From: Chiloscyllium plagiosum
Lineage: Eukaryota
Direction: 5' to 3'
Assembly (NCBI RefSeq): GCF_004010195.1
Contig: NC_057719.1
Location: 21,772,576 to 21,836,575, forward strand
Length of the DNA: 64,000 nucleotides
Shown: positions 12,792 to 25,420 of the stretch, piece after piece
Layout of the letters: each line of letters begins with the position of its first letter
Numbering within the stretch: the first letter of the stretch is position 1
Notes under the pieces: model-generated
Database searches by the model: none
What the model saw: the letters and a program-made list of their open reading frames with translations, nothing else
Told to the model about the DNA's origin: nothing
Made by a program: the position numbers and the translations under genes

Positions 12792-13145
12792 GGGGAAGGC
12801 GATGACTGAATGGTATTATTGCTAGCGTATTAATGTTGGGGGGGGGGGGGGGCGGGGTGTGGGGGCGTGGGTGCAGGTTTGATTCTCACCATATTAAATG
12901 TTGGAATTTGAATTCAATTTCAAAAAAACCTGGAATTAAATATCTACTGATGAGCATGAAACCATTGCTGATTGTCAGGAAAAGCCTACTGGATCTACTA
13001 ATGTCCTTTAAGGAAGGAAACTGCCATCCTGACTTGGTTTGACTTTGACTCCAGACCCACATCAATGTGGTTGACTCTCAACTGTCCTCAGGGCAATGAA
13101 GGCTGGCCGAGCCAGTGATGTCCACGTACTGTGAATTAATTTTTG
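12792..13145 (+). mobile_element. tRNA-headed SINE with an L2/CR1-like tail
   Basis: A/B-box-like head, body ggaattaaatatctactgatg...ctaatgtcctttaaggaaggaaactgcc, tail gggcaatgaaggctggccgagccagtgatgtccac. Reverse copies at 49.3 and 53.3 kb. Confidence 0.7.
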
Positions 13146-13191
13146 TAAAAAAACTGAAATATTGTAAAGGAGTCAAACACATCTTTCAATA

Positions 13192-13382
13192 AGGTAAAAA
13201 CTATGACTGCAGATGCTGGAAACCAGATTCTGGATTAGTGGTGCTGGAAGAGCACAGCAGTTCAGGCAGCATCCGAGGAGCAGTAAAATCGACGTTTCGG
13301 GCAAAAGCCCTTCATCAGGAATAAAGGCAGAAGCGTGGAGCCTGAAGCGTGGAGAGATAAGCTCGAGAGGGTGGGGGTGGGC
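13192..13382 (-). mobile_element. Penelope terminal-repeat fragment (family B)
   Basis: Homologous to 42063-42256, 43007-43140 and 55983-56190. Confidence 0.8.
13287..13322 (-). ncRNA. Minimal type-I hammerhead ribozyme motif (family B)
   Basis: Minus strand: attc CTGATGA A GGGC TTTT GCCC GAAA C GTC gatt. All core residues present, GUC cleavage triplet, stem I short and imperfect. Confidence 0.75.
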
Positions 13383-13424
13383 AGCTCAGTTGAGACGATG
13401 ATGGGTCCATTTTTTGAAGTCAAT

Positions 13425-14272
13425 GGAAGTGATTTGATCAACTGGGCCAATTGGCTCAGGAGTGGAAGATGGAGTTTAATTTGAATAACTATGAGGTATT
13501 GCATATTGATGAAACAAACAAGGGGAGAACTTATACAGTTAATAGTAGGGCCCTGGGTAGTGATGTTGGACAGAGAGACCTGGGGTTCAGGTACATAGTT
13601 GTTTGAAAGTTGCATCAAGGTGCACAGGGCAGTTAAGTTGTTCAGCATGCTGGCGTTCACTGCTCAGACCATTCAGTACAGGAGTTGGGCTAGCATGTTG
13701 AGGTTGTACAGGACATTGGTGAGGCCATTTTTGTTGTACTGTGTACAATCTGGTTACCCTGCTACAGGAAGGAAATTATTAAATTGGAAAGGGCTCAGAA
13801 AATATCTACCAGAATATTTCCAGGAATGGGAGGTTTGAGTTATAATGAGCAGCTATGTAAGCTGGGAATTTTTTTTACTCAAGTGTAGGAGGTTGAGGGG
13901 TGACCTTATAAAGGTTTATAAAATCATCAGGGTCATGAGATAAGGTGAACATCTAAAGTCATTCTCCAAGGGCCAGAGAGTCAAAACTAGGAATGTTTTT
14001 AAGGTTAGAAGAGAAAGATTTAAAAGGGACCTGAGGGACAACTTCATCACACAGATGGTGGGTCGTATGTGGAATGAAGTGCCAAAGGAAGTGGTGCATG
14101 CAGGTATAGTTGCAACATTTAAAAGGTATTGGAGAGGCACACAAATAGGAAACGTTTAGATGCATATGGACCAAAGGTAGGCAACTGGGGCTAGTTTAGT
14201 TCGGGAAAGTTGTTTGGCATGGACAAGTTGCACTAAAGGGTCTTTTTTCCATGCTCTATGAATCTATGACTC
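13425..14272 (+). mobile_element. CR1/HER1-type LINE 3' fragment
   Basis: ORF piece MLRLYRTLVRPFLLYCVQ; ends ctctatgaatctatgactct. Confidence 0.9.
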
Positions 14273-14304
14273 TGTGCTGATTTTGCTACCAACCTCAAAG
14301 AAGG

Positions 14305-14595
14305 GTGTCCACAGTTTGAGGTTAGAGGGGAAAGAATAAATGGGAACCTGAAGAGCAACTTTTTCACATAGAGAATGATATCCATATGGAAGGAGCTGCC
14401 AGTGGAAGTGGGAGTGCTTAAAAACATTTAAAAGGCATTTCGGCAAACACATGAATAGGAAGGGTTTAGAGGAATATGGGCCAAGTGCAGGGAAATGGGG
14501 TTAATGTGAATGGATATTTTGGTCAGTTTAGACCAGTTTGGGCCAAAGGGCCTGTCTCCATGCCGTAAGACTCTATGACTGTCTCCATGACTCTA
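14305..14595 (+). mobile_element. CR1/HER1-type LINE 3' end
   Basis: cacagtttgaggttagaggg...ggaaggagctgcc...gactctatgact. Confidence 0.85.
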
Positions 14596-14739
14596 AGATC
14601 TTGCAATCTCCATGGTGTGGACTTGCCCTTTCCAATGTTGATCTGAACCTGTTGCAAAGTCAAGGAAATACCCTGGTGCCTACATCAGGCAGGTACTTAA
14701 ATACCTGATTGGTACTTGTTGATTTGTTAAACCTGATGT

Positions 14740-15048
14740 GGGCGGCATGGTGGCACAGTGGTTAGCACTGCTGCCTCACAGCGCCGGAGACCCGGGTTCA
14801 ATTCCCGCCTCAGGCGACTGACTGTGTGGAGTTTGCACGTTCTCCCCGTGTCTGCGTGGGTTTCCTCCGGGGTGCTCCGGTTTCCTCCCACAGTCCAAAG
14901 ATGTGCAGGTTAGGTGAATTGACCATGCTAAATTGCCCGCAGTGTTAGGTAAGGGGTAAATGTAGGGGTAGTGGTGGTTTGCGCTTCGGCGGGTCGGTGT
15001 GGACTTGTTGGGCCGAAGGGCCTGTTTCCACACTGTAATGTAATCTAA
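14740..15048 (+). mobile_element. HE1-type V-SINE, full length and little diverged
   Basis: tRNA head gggcggcatggtggcacagtggttagcactg...gggttcaattcc, V-domain tgtgtggagtttgcacgttctccccgtgtctgcgtgggtttcctccgg, taatctaa tail. Confidence 0.95.
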
Positions 15049-15689
15049 ACTAGCCTATCGCATCAAACTCTCCTCAGAGTCTGCAATCCAGGAAGTTAAA
15101 ATTTATTGTCTACTTCTCTAATGTATTTTCCCAGAAAGTGAAATTATGCAAAAATATTATCAACAAACTCTAAATTAACTTTTTTTATAATGGAGAATGA
15201 AGAACTTTTATTTCCACAAATATAATGTTAACTTTTCATGAGTAATGAGAAGTGTTTAGCAGTAATTATGAAGTTAGATACACTGCTAAGAACGCAGTTA
15301 TGCTTTCATCAACATGGTACAAATTTCTTAAGGATTTTTACAGCATCATCAATAGTGCATTGTGGCAATTTATTGTAAGTTCAATAATTTGTGATTAATG
15401 GCAGTTTAGGAGTCTTTTAAAGCACACCCTATGGGAACATTAAAAAATCAGTGATGGCAAGTTCTGCATTTAATTGTACATGTGAGGACTCCAGAAGTTG
15501 TTGTCAAATTCACAAAAGAATGACAACAAACAATGGTGGTCGCATTGTTAGTGCTACTAAAAAAAGTTTGCTAATAAAAGTTTTCTTCTTTAATCTTGTT
15601 AGTTAGTTGATTGTTATTATTGGGACTTGGGGGCCTCTGATAGTCCAGTGTCTGACTGAAGACGAGGAACATTTAATTGGCGACTGGAC

Positions 15690-16110
15690 TTGTATATGCT
15701 TGAGTTTAGAAGGCTGAGAGGAGATCTGATTGAGACGTATATGATTATTAAAGGATTGTACACTCTGGGGGCAGGAAGCATGTTTCCGCTGATGGGTGAG
15801 TCCCGAACCAGAGGACACAGCTTAAAAATAAGGGGTAGGCCACTTAGAATAGAGTTGAGGAGAAACTTCTTCACCCAGAGAGTGGTGAGTGTGTGGAATA
15901 CTCTGCCCCAGAGGGCTGTGGAGGCCAAGTCTCTGGATACTTTCAAGAAAGAGTTGGATAGAGCTCTTAAGGATAGTGGAATCAAAGGTTATGGGGATAA
16001 GGCAGGAACAGAATACTGATTGAGGATGATCAGCCATGATCATAATGAATGGTGGTGCTGGCTTGAAGGGCAGAATGGCCTACTCCTGCACCTATTGTCT
16101 ATTGTCTATG
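15690..16110 (+). mobile_element. CR1-type LINE 3' end (second subfamily)
   Basis: ORF LEFRRLRGDLIETY...RNFFTQRVVSVWNTLPQRAVEAKSLDTFKKELD; ctattgt tail. Confidence 0.9.
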
Positions 16111-17194
16111 AATTGGTCTCAAACAGGATCATGTATTGGAAACATACTTTGAATGTACTTGCTGGAAACACCTAATTGAATTTTTACAAAGACTAAAGCT
16201 GCATTCCAGTGACTTGGGATCACTGTCAAAAGTTTTATTACATTTGCATCATTTTACTTTGTACATTTCCAAAGCTACTGAAATAGCGACAACCTGACTG
16301 CAAAGTCCCATCCGAAATAAATACCTTGTAAATAATAAATAGGAATCATCTCACATCCTGTTAGTAAAGTGTCCAGATAATTATCTGGGTTCTCAAATAT
16401 GTGGGGACAAATTTAATCGCACGGACAATGGGACTGCCAAGTCACATTCCAATTGTACCATGATCAGTTTTTAGCTGAGAGAGTATTCTTAGCCATGAGC
16501 TAATCAAGTTATAATTTCAATCACTGACCAAGACCATATCTTGATCACTGGGCAGCTGGAGAGAGACCATTTAACAAATCAACAAGTACCAATCAGGTAT
16601 TTAAGTACCTGCTTTCTGTGCAGAACAGGGCAAGCAATTGTGATCCTGAAGGAACAAGACCTTGAATGGGCTGTCTTTTTTCTCTCTTTCCTCCCTCCGT
16701 CTGCCGGTGTCTTTGCAGATATTTCAATCTTTGTGCTAATTCTAAGTATCCGGGTGACACAGACAGAGATTTTATCAAGAACTCAACCCAGAAGTATAGT
16801 TGTCAGTTGAGCAATAAATCATTCATCTACAGTTTTAAAGTACCTTGACAAATAAAGCCACAGGACCACCAAATTCAGCCTAAATTTAGCCAAGTCATTA
16901 AACCTAAAGATCATATTCAGCTCACAAATTACCATCTTTCCTGTCACTCAGTAATGTATTTACGTGAATTACAAGTCAGGTCATTTTTATTATTTTTCAA
17001 GACTGGATTTAGAAAAATATGATCTATACCTCACACTTTTTAAAAACTTAAATAAATATGCCTATTCATGCCTTTTATGATCAACGCTTGTAAACAGTTA
17101 ATCTTTCGCAAAATTGGCTGGTGACTCTTTAAAAATTGTTGTGGTCAACTGCATGGAGAAGAAAGAGAGCATCATTGGACCTCTCCTCTTTTTT

Positions 17195-17850
17195 TCAAGG
17201 GATGTAAGAAATATCAGCTAGGTCAACAATTATTGCCCATCCCTTGAGAAGGAGGTGATGCGGTGCCTTTTTGAATTGTTGTGGTCCATGTGGGATCGAG
17301 ATATCAAAATTGCTGCTAGAATTCTGACCCTGGAATAGTGAAGGAACAGCAAAGCAGCTTCAAGTAAGGATAGGGTCTGGCTTAGGATGGAACATGCAGG
17401 AACATGCCATTCCATGTAACTGCTATTCTTGTTCATCTTGGTGCCAGAGATCATGGGTTTCGAAGGTGTTGTCAATGGAGCCTTGCTGTGTTCCTGCAGT
17501 GCATTGTGTAGATGGAACAAACTGCTGCTATTTTGTGGTGTCATTTGTGAAGGGAATGAATGTCCAATGTGGTGCCAATGAAGCAGGCTGCTTTGATTCA
17601 GAGAGTGGCAAGCCTTTTGAGTGTTGTTGGTGCAGTACTCACACATGCAGTTAGGGAATATTCTATTGTATGCCTTACTTGCATTTTGAAATGGTGACTG
17701 GGCTTTGAGGAGACTGAATGCAAATTACTCATTGCAGAATTCCTAACATCTGGCCTACCCTTGTAGCCCTAATACTTACATGACTGATCCAGTTTTGTGT
17801 ATTGCCAATGGGAACCCCAGGATATTGATAACAAGGTGTTCAGTTGTGTT
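17195..17850 (-). mobile_element. Decayed L2/CR1-type LINE 3' portion
   Basis: ttattgcccatcccttgagaaggaggtg...tgaccctggaatagtgaaggaacagc; the tail is shared with the SINE at 12.8 kb. Confidence 0.7.
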
Positions 17851-20374
17851 ATTGTAAACTTCAGAACTTCAATAAGTGTTCATGGATTGAATGAATCAAA
17901 GATAAAATTACACATGGAAAGAAGTAGCAAGAACTCTGCCTGGAATAACCTATTAAGGGACAAGGACAAACTTACACAAGAATTTAAAGCAATTAGCCAT
18001 GCCTGGGAAGAAGAAGGAGTCAGTTACATGGACAAACCTGTTGTCCAATGTCTTGCTGCACACACACTCCTTCACTGTCTGAGGAGTGGTGAATGGTGAT
18101 GAACATTACATTATCATTGAACGTGCCCACTTTGAACATTGTTGGACCAAGTATGATCATCATAACAATCACCTTTGAGTGATTCAATGCCCCAAGGCTC
18201 TGGAGAGAAAACTTGGGGTTAGTTGCCAAACTCACTGTCCAAAGTCTTCTGTTAAAGATACAGATTTCAGATGAGTACACAATGCAGTACTGGTGTAAAC
18301 TGTTACTTTCACATCAAAGTTCATACATAAGTTCGATCAGTTCAAGGATAAGTACACTTACTTCAAAGGAGAATGAGAGAGAAGAAAGTTGACAGGAGGG
18401 AAAAAAAATGAATCAGTATATTTAGCAGGCAGAAGATTAAATATTTTTAAAGTTAAGTGAAAGTTTACTTGCAAGCAATACATCACTGAACCATGCCACT
18501 TTTTGTATCCAAATCCAATTTGTGATTGATTAAACCATATTCAAACACATAACTTATCTAGATCAGTCTCAGACCCATTTATTATTGACAGATGAGCATT
18601 TACCTCAGATGAAAAATTCTAACATAGTGGCGTATGAAATTTTGACGATAAAAATATTCCCAATGTTATTCCCTCTTTTTTTTCTCACTGCCCATGGTTT
18701 AATTCCCCACTTTAAAGCTGGGTTACCATCAAAACAAAAGGGTACATTAATTTCAGTGTCATCATCTGAAGTTTCTTTTCCTTAGAGCAGCCAGTTAATA
18801 CAGATGGAAGGCATCCTTTGAAGAATGTCCAGATTAAATTTTTACCGTAAATAATGGAAACTTTTACCAGACAGCTCAGACATTAAGGAGCAGGCTGTCA
18901 CATGGTGGTTCAGATGGATTTGATCTGCTTGCACTTAAGCAACAGCAACTGGTGATAAAATAACATTGTCAGAGCAGAATGCTATTAACTCTTCATTTGC
19001 AGTTTTGAAAGAGAAGCTATTTTCACTTGTGCATGCGAACAAATCCGAAGGCCGTAAATAAAGAACAGTCACTAATGTATTCAGTAAGGAATTAAGAATG
19101 AACTTCAAATAAAAATCAGACCATAGAAATTGCTTCCATGAGAAATAGTACACTATATAAGTGAGAAAGGAAAAGAAAGCTTTGTCAATGAAGATAGATG
19201 AAAATTAGTTATGTTGAGGCTTATGTGGAGGATAAAAAACAGCATTGACCTAGAAGACTGAATAGCCTTTTTACGTACTGTAAGTACTACGTCAATATAG
19301 GAAAATCAAAGACACCTGTCCTAAAATTGTTGAAGTAATGTTGCTGTTTGCAAAGATTTTCCATAACTTTTGTAATATTGTCATAGTCATCATCCAATAT
19401 GACTGAAATAGTCAGTATGGTGCCACTGTTGTACCTCTTGATATAGTCATGTTAGTGCTTCTTGAGCATGCTTTTAGTGGCAGTGGCGAGGAGAGGGAAT
19501 TGGAAGCAAATGGGAACACAGCTGCTGTTCTACTCTGCCTGAGGCATTGTGCAAAAATAATGTGCCGGCTAGCTGAATTGGGTAATTGTTGGACTCAGGG
19601 CCAGAAGCCTTTAGATTTAAGTCCAGGCAGGAATTTTTTCAGTCTTTCATCCTTCTGAGGTGAATTAGATCAATCCCAAGCCTTTGGACATGCAGAGAAA
19701 GACAGGAGCCTGCAGCAATAGAAGTTTATTTCCTACGCAGCTGCTGCATCGTCTGACTATTTACCAATGGAATCCAGAATCAGTGCAGCATCAAATAGGC
19801 AAGCTGTGCTTCATGCATGCTGGCTCAACAAATAATCTCTGTCTCTGATTGTGTAGTGATTGAGGGTTGGAGTTGCCAATCCATTATGAAAGCTTTTATA
19901 ACAAGTGTGAAGTGAGAGTCATTCCAGTGCAATGTATAATCCAGCTGACTGGGCTCCAACACGTTGCATTGTGCTGTGAGGTGGGAAGATACGATTTTGA
20001 TGCCATCAGTTTCCCACGCAACGGTTTCTCAGAATGACAGCAGTGCCATTGTGTGGGTAATTCTTATTTAGGAAGGTGAAAGCAGACAGGTAGTGAGGTT
20101 CACAGGATAGGATCCTGCAACAACTGGACTATGACCCACATTCAGGTAGATTTTTCAATACTTGTATTTGGATATGTATTTGGATTGCTTCAACATATTG
20201 AATAAGAAAGAATCAGGGATGGAGGAATAAAATGGCCTTGACAAAGGCTACCTGAGCTTCTACCATTAGGTTCCTTTCCTTGAAATTAAGCAGGATTTAG
20301 TCAATCTAATAGATAGAATTATAGAGATCTATCACAAAGAAGGCACAATATGTGATGAAGGGCTATTGGGATCA

Positions 20375-20485
20375 AGATCTTAACTCTGCTATTCTCTTTA
20401 CTGTTTCTGCCAGACCTGCTGAGCTTTTTCCAGCACTTTCTGTTTCTGTGTTACATTGCCAACATCTGAAATTCAATGTTTTTAT
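20375..20485 (+). mobile_element. Penelope-type terminal-repeat fragment (family A)
   Basis: ttaactctgctattctc...ctgccagacctgctgagctttttccagcac. Confidence 0.65.
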
Positions 20486-20859
20486 TGTAGAGCCACCATC
20501 TGGTTAACTATTTCTGTACTTTTGCCGAAGATAATGGTTCTGAAAGGGTTACTATTCATGTTACATTAACTCCAGCCATTCACCTGATGTCTCAGGCAAT
20601 TGCACAAGGAATTCAACTCCATCTTTCTGAGGGAGAAGTGTCTGTACCAGCTCCTTAAGGTTCCAGTAATTATTCCACACCAAACGTAATTATATTTTAT
20701 AGTATCATGAACAAAAAGTCATTTTTATTATCTCAGAAAATTATCTTTTGTGTAGCTAGTTTACAGTGATATAAACTCTACTGCTAATCACAAGTTAGGC
20801 CCAAGACAAAGTAGAGACATATTAATGGCCACAAACCACCTCAACAAGTCGTAAACATA

Positions 20860-21258
20860 ACCACACATAGGTAGAGATGAGAAATACTCCAGGTTATAGG
20901 AGTGGTCATCTGGAAAATCCCCATATCTCAACATTTTCCCAGAGCACCTCAAAACCAAAAAAAAAGAATTGCAGATGTCGGAAATCAGAAATTGGATGCT
21001 GGAAAACTTAGCAGGTCAGACAGCATCTGTAGAGAGAAAGCAGAGTTAATGTTTCTGATCCAGTGACCTTTCTTCAGAATGCAGACCTGTTGAGTTTATC
21101 CAGCAATTTCTGTTTTTATTTCTGATTTCCAGCATCTGCAATTCTTTTGATTTTTCTTTTTGTTTTGGAGTGCTCTGGGAAAAAAGTTGAGACATGGAGA
21201 TTTTCCAGATGACCACTCCTATAATCTGGGATATTTCTCATCTCTACCTGTGTGTGGT
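20860..21258. repeat. ~400-bp imperfect inverted repeat centred on a fold-back family A element
   Basis: 20860-20955 is an imperfect reverse complement of ~21162-21258; the inner arms are family A sequence in opposite orientations. Confidence 0.9.
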
Positions 21259-21309
21259 ATTGTGTGAAGGATTTTAACAGATTGAAAAAGAAAGCGTATT
21301 TCCTATGTT

Positions 21310-21436
21310 AGTGATATGGAAAACTCACCAGGTCAGGCAACATCTGTGGAGAGAAAGCAGAACTAATGTTTCAGGTACAGTGACCTTTCTTCAGAATGCA
21401 GACCCGCTGAGTTTATCGAGCAATTTCTGTCTTTGT
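21310..21436. mobile_element. Second copy of the fold-back family A centre
   Basis: Same junction cagtgacctttcttcagaatgcagacc as at 21061-21088. Confidence 0.8.
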
Positions 21437-21939
21437 CACCCCAAAGCCAATCTCACTGCCTTACCTGTTTCACAAAGCTCAATAACCTTTGCTTTCAATA
21501 CTTACCCAATTTATCCTTCATTGATTCAATTGCATCTGCCTCAAACATTCCACACATTATAATGAACCTGTTGTGAAGAAAATTCACTTCAACTATATCT
21601 GCAATCTCATTGTGATAATTCTTATTTGATAATTCCATCTCACAAACATCGGAAATAAGCTTTCTTTTGTAATCTGCTAAAATCCCTCATAATTAAAAAA
21701 AATTTCACTAAATCTCATTTTAAGCTTCTCGGTTGTCATGGAAATAATGTTTACATTTCTCATAATTTTCCATTTCTGGTATAATTCCGGTAAAACAGAT
21801 ATGCAAATACACATTGAGGAAATCATTCATGTTGGGTAATAATATCAACTAAATAAAATATGTCTGACTCTTATCACTGGTTGGGTTGAATTTTAATTCC
21901 CAGAAATGGGTGACATGTGAAGTTTATAATGGTAGAGTT

Positions 21940-22138
21940 GCCACAATTGGACAGACCATGGGCTGCAGTCTCACGAGGAGAAATAACTGGCTATGGTTTA
22001 ACCTAAGGGTCACTACACCTCAGTTGAGGAAAGAGGGTCACTCATAGTCACCCCAGCTGGTGTAGGAATTGAACCCACACTATTGACTGCATTCTGCTTC
22101 ACAAGCCAACTATCCAGCCATTTGAGCTAACCAACTCC
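21940..22138 (-). mobile_element. tRNA-derived SINE (third family)
   Basis: Minus strand starts ggagttggttagctcaaatggctgg (A-box) and contains gggttcaattcc (B-box). Confidence 0.65.
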
Positions 22139-23059
22139 TGAAGCATTGGCATTGCAAAGTATGAGCACAGCCAATTCACTTCCAATTTTACTGGAGTTTG
22201 GATGAAGACAGTTTGGTTATTTATGTATTATATGTTTCATGCCTTCATTTTAACTGTCATGAGTTTTTAAAAAAATTCAAACTGTATATATTTCTCAAGT
22301 TTCCAGAAATTCAATAGGTGAAAAGAGACAAGAAAGGCTAAATCTGTAAGTTAAGTAAATTAATGCAGTGCTTGTGAATGAGGAATGTTTCCTCCAAGCC
22401 ACATAAATCATCCAACAAATCTACATCGTTCTTTTCACATGATAAGTCAGCTTACAGCCCCTGACCACTTTCAGACTCCCATGACCACATCAGAACTCCC
22501 AAGGTACTATCTGACAACACCTTCCCTGTGACTACCTCCATGCTGACCCTCTTCTCCTCCCAACAATTGGCTCCCCTACCATCATTGTGTCCACGAAACT
22601 CTACACAGCCCACCCATATTATTATCAAATGGATCCCTGAACTCAATTTAATTGACACATTTGGTGATGAGATCCAAGGTCAATGCAGTATTCTCCCTTA
22701 TAGTCCCCACATCCATGAGATGGGCCTTCGGGTCTCCTCCACAATGGTGTTTTGCTGAAGCCTTCTCTGCCTGTTTGATAGGCCCGTGGCCTATTAGGCT
22801 ACCTGTAAACAGGAATCCCATAGAAAAAATTTCAAGGATTTTCAAATAACCTGTTCTTCTGACTTGAAAACAGTTGGATCCTTGGACTAAAGTTCTGGTT
22901 ATTATTGGAATTTCCCATCAATTTAAACTTTTCCAATAATCAGCTATTAGCGTTTCATGCTTATTTAGATACCCTTCCCAATCTCAGGACACTCCAAAGC
23001 ATTTCCCTCTATTGAAGTGCTTTTGAAATATGGTTCATGATGCAAGTTAACATATTCAT

Positions 23060-23230
23060 TCATTCATTCATTCAGAGAATATGGACAACACTGGCCAGAC
23101 CAACACTTATTGCATTTCTCTTACTGCCTTTGAGAGAGTAGAAATAAGTAACTTTCCACAGCTCATGTGCAGGGACAACCACAGTGCTGTTAGAAAAGGT
23201 GACTCAGTAACAGTGAAGGAATGATAATAC
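23060..23230 (-). mobile_element. L2/CR1-type LINE tail with (ATTC)n end
   Basis: cattcattcattca followed by ggccagaccaacacttattgc...cagtgctgttag...cagtgaaggaatg. Confidence 0.6.
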
Positions 23231-23277
23231 ATTTCATAAAAACAAAAGATTCAAGTATTGAAATAACAGTTAAATAG

Positions 23278-23590
23278 CCTCCAGTTTCCTGTCTTCTGTA
23301 TTCCTCACTTCTTGAACAGGTATGTTACATAGCCATTTTCCAGTCCTCTGAGACCCTCCTTGACTTCAATGAGTCCTGAAAGATCACCTCCAATGCCTCC
23401 ACAATCTCTCCAGCAATCTCTTCAGAACCCTGGGGTGCAGTCTATCTGGTTGGGATAATTTATCCACCTTCAGACCTTTCAATTTCCCCAACTCCTTCTC
23501 TTTAGTGATGCTCTGACACATATCTCTGTCCTCTGACTCTCTTGAAGTTCTGGCATGCTGGTGATGTTGTCTACCATGAAGACTGATGGA
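23278..23590 (-). mobile_element. CR1 RT N-terminal fragment
   Basis: ITKEKELGKLKGLKVDKLSQPDRLHPRVLK, the CR1 KSPGPDGLHPRVLKE motif region. Confidence 0.85.
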
Positions 23591-24953
23591 AAGTGTATCA
23601 AAGAAAGGTATCAAAGAAAGTTGGTCGATTTGTTTTCATAAAATGATGAACAGATGAGAAAAGATAGAAATTACAGTGGTGTAATTGCAATGGAAAAACT
23701 GACAGCAATGAAGAAAGGGAAACTGAATGATTGCAATGAGAAGACTGTATAGGCAGAGTTAGCAAATGGTATTTTGGGATAACAAAGACACAGCATTAAC
23801 TGAAAAGATATACAAAGTGGATAAGATGAGTGTTGGCATGAACGCTGGGAGTAGTAAGTGTAGGAAGCTTGTACAGTAAAGTAGAAGGAGATCATCAACT
23901 TAATAAGGTTGGAGGGGAAATGAATGTTAGGTTTAATGATGAGTGTGGGAGAAGATAGTTTCAACTCTAGGGCATTGTCTCCAAAAGAGAGTTTGAATAG
24001 TGCACAGACACCTTTTGTGAACAATCTGGAGGAGGTAGAGTGTCTTTCTGAACTGAGACCGCCAATGTTTATGTCGTGGAATGACCCTGAAACATGTTTT
24101 GGATAAATTATGATCTCTTTGATCTAATGAATTTCCAAAAATCAATTTTTAAAATGCAAAACTTCAAAAAAATACAAAGTTAAAACTTTCTGCAGTAGCA
24201 TATTTAACCAATGTCCAATTCTATAACTCTCTGTCATCATTTTAAAGTCCTTTCGCCTATTTCTTACATTCTTTTCCCCACTCCAATATGTAGGAAGCAT
24301 GTGTCTGTCATGTATAACTGCAGCATAAGTTACCAACTACTACACTTGCTTTTGAATGTCAGGATCAACTTGAGTTATTTGCTTTGTTGGAACTGAATGT
24401 TTTTAAAGTTATTGTTCAGCTTTTCGGAGCTTTCTAAGCTGATGTATGCTCAGAGCTGAGTGACAGTAGAAAGTAACCCTGTATGACTCTATTATCTTGT
24501 CAAATAACAGCTTTCCAAGTGACATCTGTCATCCACCCACCTTGTAGGTTGGTGATTTTGTGTGACATAAATGGTTTGGATAAAAATATATAAAAGGAAA
24601 ATAATAAACTTTAAAAATATTTGTTACATGCAAAAATGTTGATGATTGTTCTAAAATTGTTTTCATTGAATTGACTTTTAATTTTAATGTTTGCATTTAC
24701 AGCAAATGTGTTAAGTTAGAACTATGAAGAGCTTTCAACTCTTTTGATTAACTTAAGGATTTTGTGGATATGGATTGAAGTGAATAATTTGTTTCTCCTA
24801 TCTGAAATACAACTAGCACACTTGCAATCTGTTTAATCACACAATTACTGAAAGTATTTAGCCCCTTGATTGAAGTTTGCTGCAAAATAAGTGAGTATTC
24901 ATTGTTCATGTTTTCTTATATCATCCTGAAATATATTGCCTTGGAAATACTTA

Positions 24954-25420
24954 TTAAAATTAATGCTGGCATTTATAATGTTTATACAGGGTGTGAAATG
25001 CAGACATGACACATATGGCATTAAAATTAGAACTGGTATTTATAATGTTTACTCAGGGTCTCAAGTACAGACACTTCATATTACAGTGGAAAATAGTGCT
25101 GCATTTATAATGTTTGCACAGGACCTGAAATGGAGACACTACAAATGTTGCTGTTAAAATTAATGCTGGCATTTATAGTATTTAGTCAGGCTATGAAACA
25201 CAGACATTGCCATGTTGGTATTAAGGTTCAATCTGGCACTCACAGCATATATGTAGTCACTTAACTAAAGACACAACAAAAATATGGTGTTAAAGTTAAG
25301 ACTTAGGCAGCCACAATGGTACAGATGCTGCAGATACTAGTATTCAAATAGAGTTGGCATTAATGACACTTTTACAGGCCCAGAAATATTGGCACTGCAA
25401 TACTTAGCATATAAATATTA
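24954..25420. repeat. Diverged ~67-bp tandem repeat, about 6-7 units
   Basis: Units beginning ttaaaattaatgctggcatttata recur at 24954, 25021, 25088, 25154, 25221 and ~25290. Confidence 0.8.

Noticed and set aside
14740..14812. tRNA gene
   Set aside because: It is the tRNA-derived head of an HE1 SINE continuing into the V-domain; the same applies to the other SINE heads.
14689..16612. 1.9-kb DNA transposon bounded by 43-bp TIRs
   Set aside because: No target-site duplication or known terminal motif, and the interior is ordinary host DNA with independent repeats; a templated insertion fits better, though this is not formally excluded.
24954..25420. CRISPR-like ~67-bp periodicity
   Set aside because: Whole units are mutually similar, there are no unique spacers or cas genes, and the context is vertebrate.
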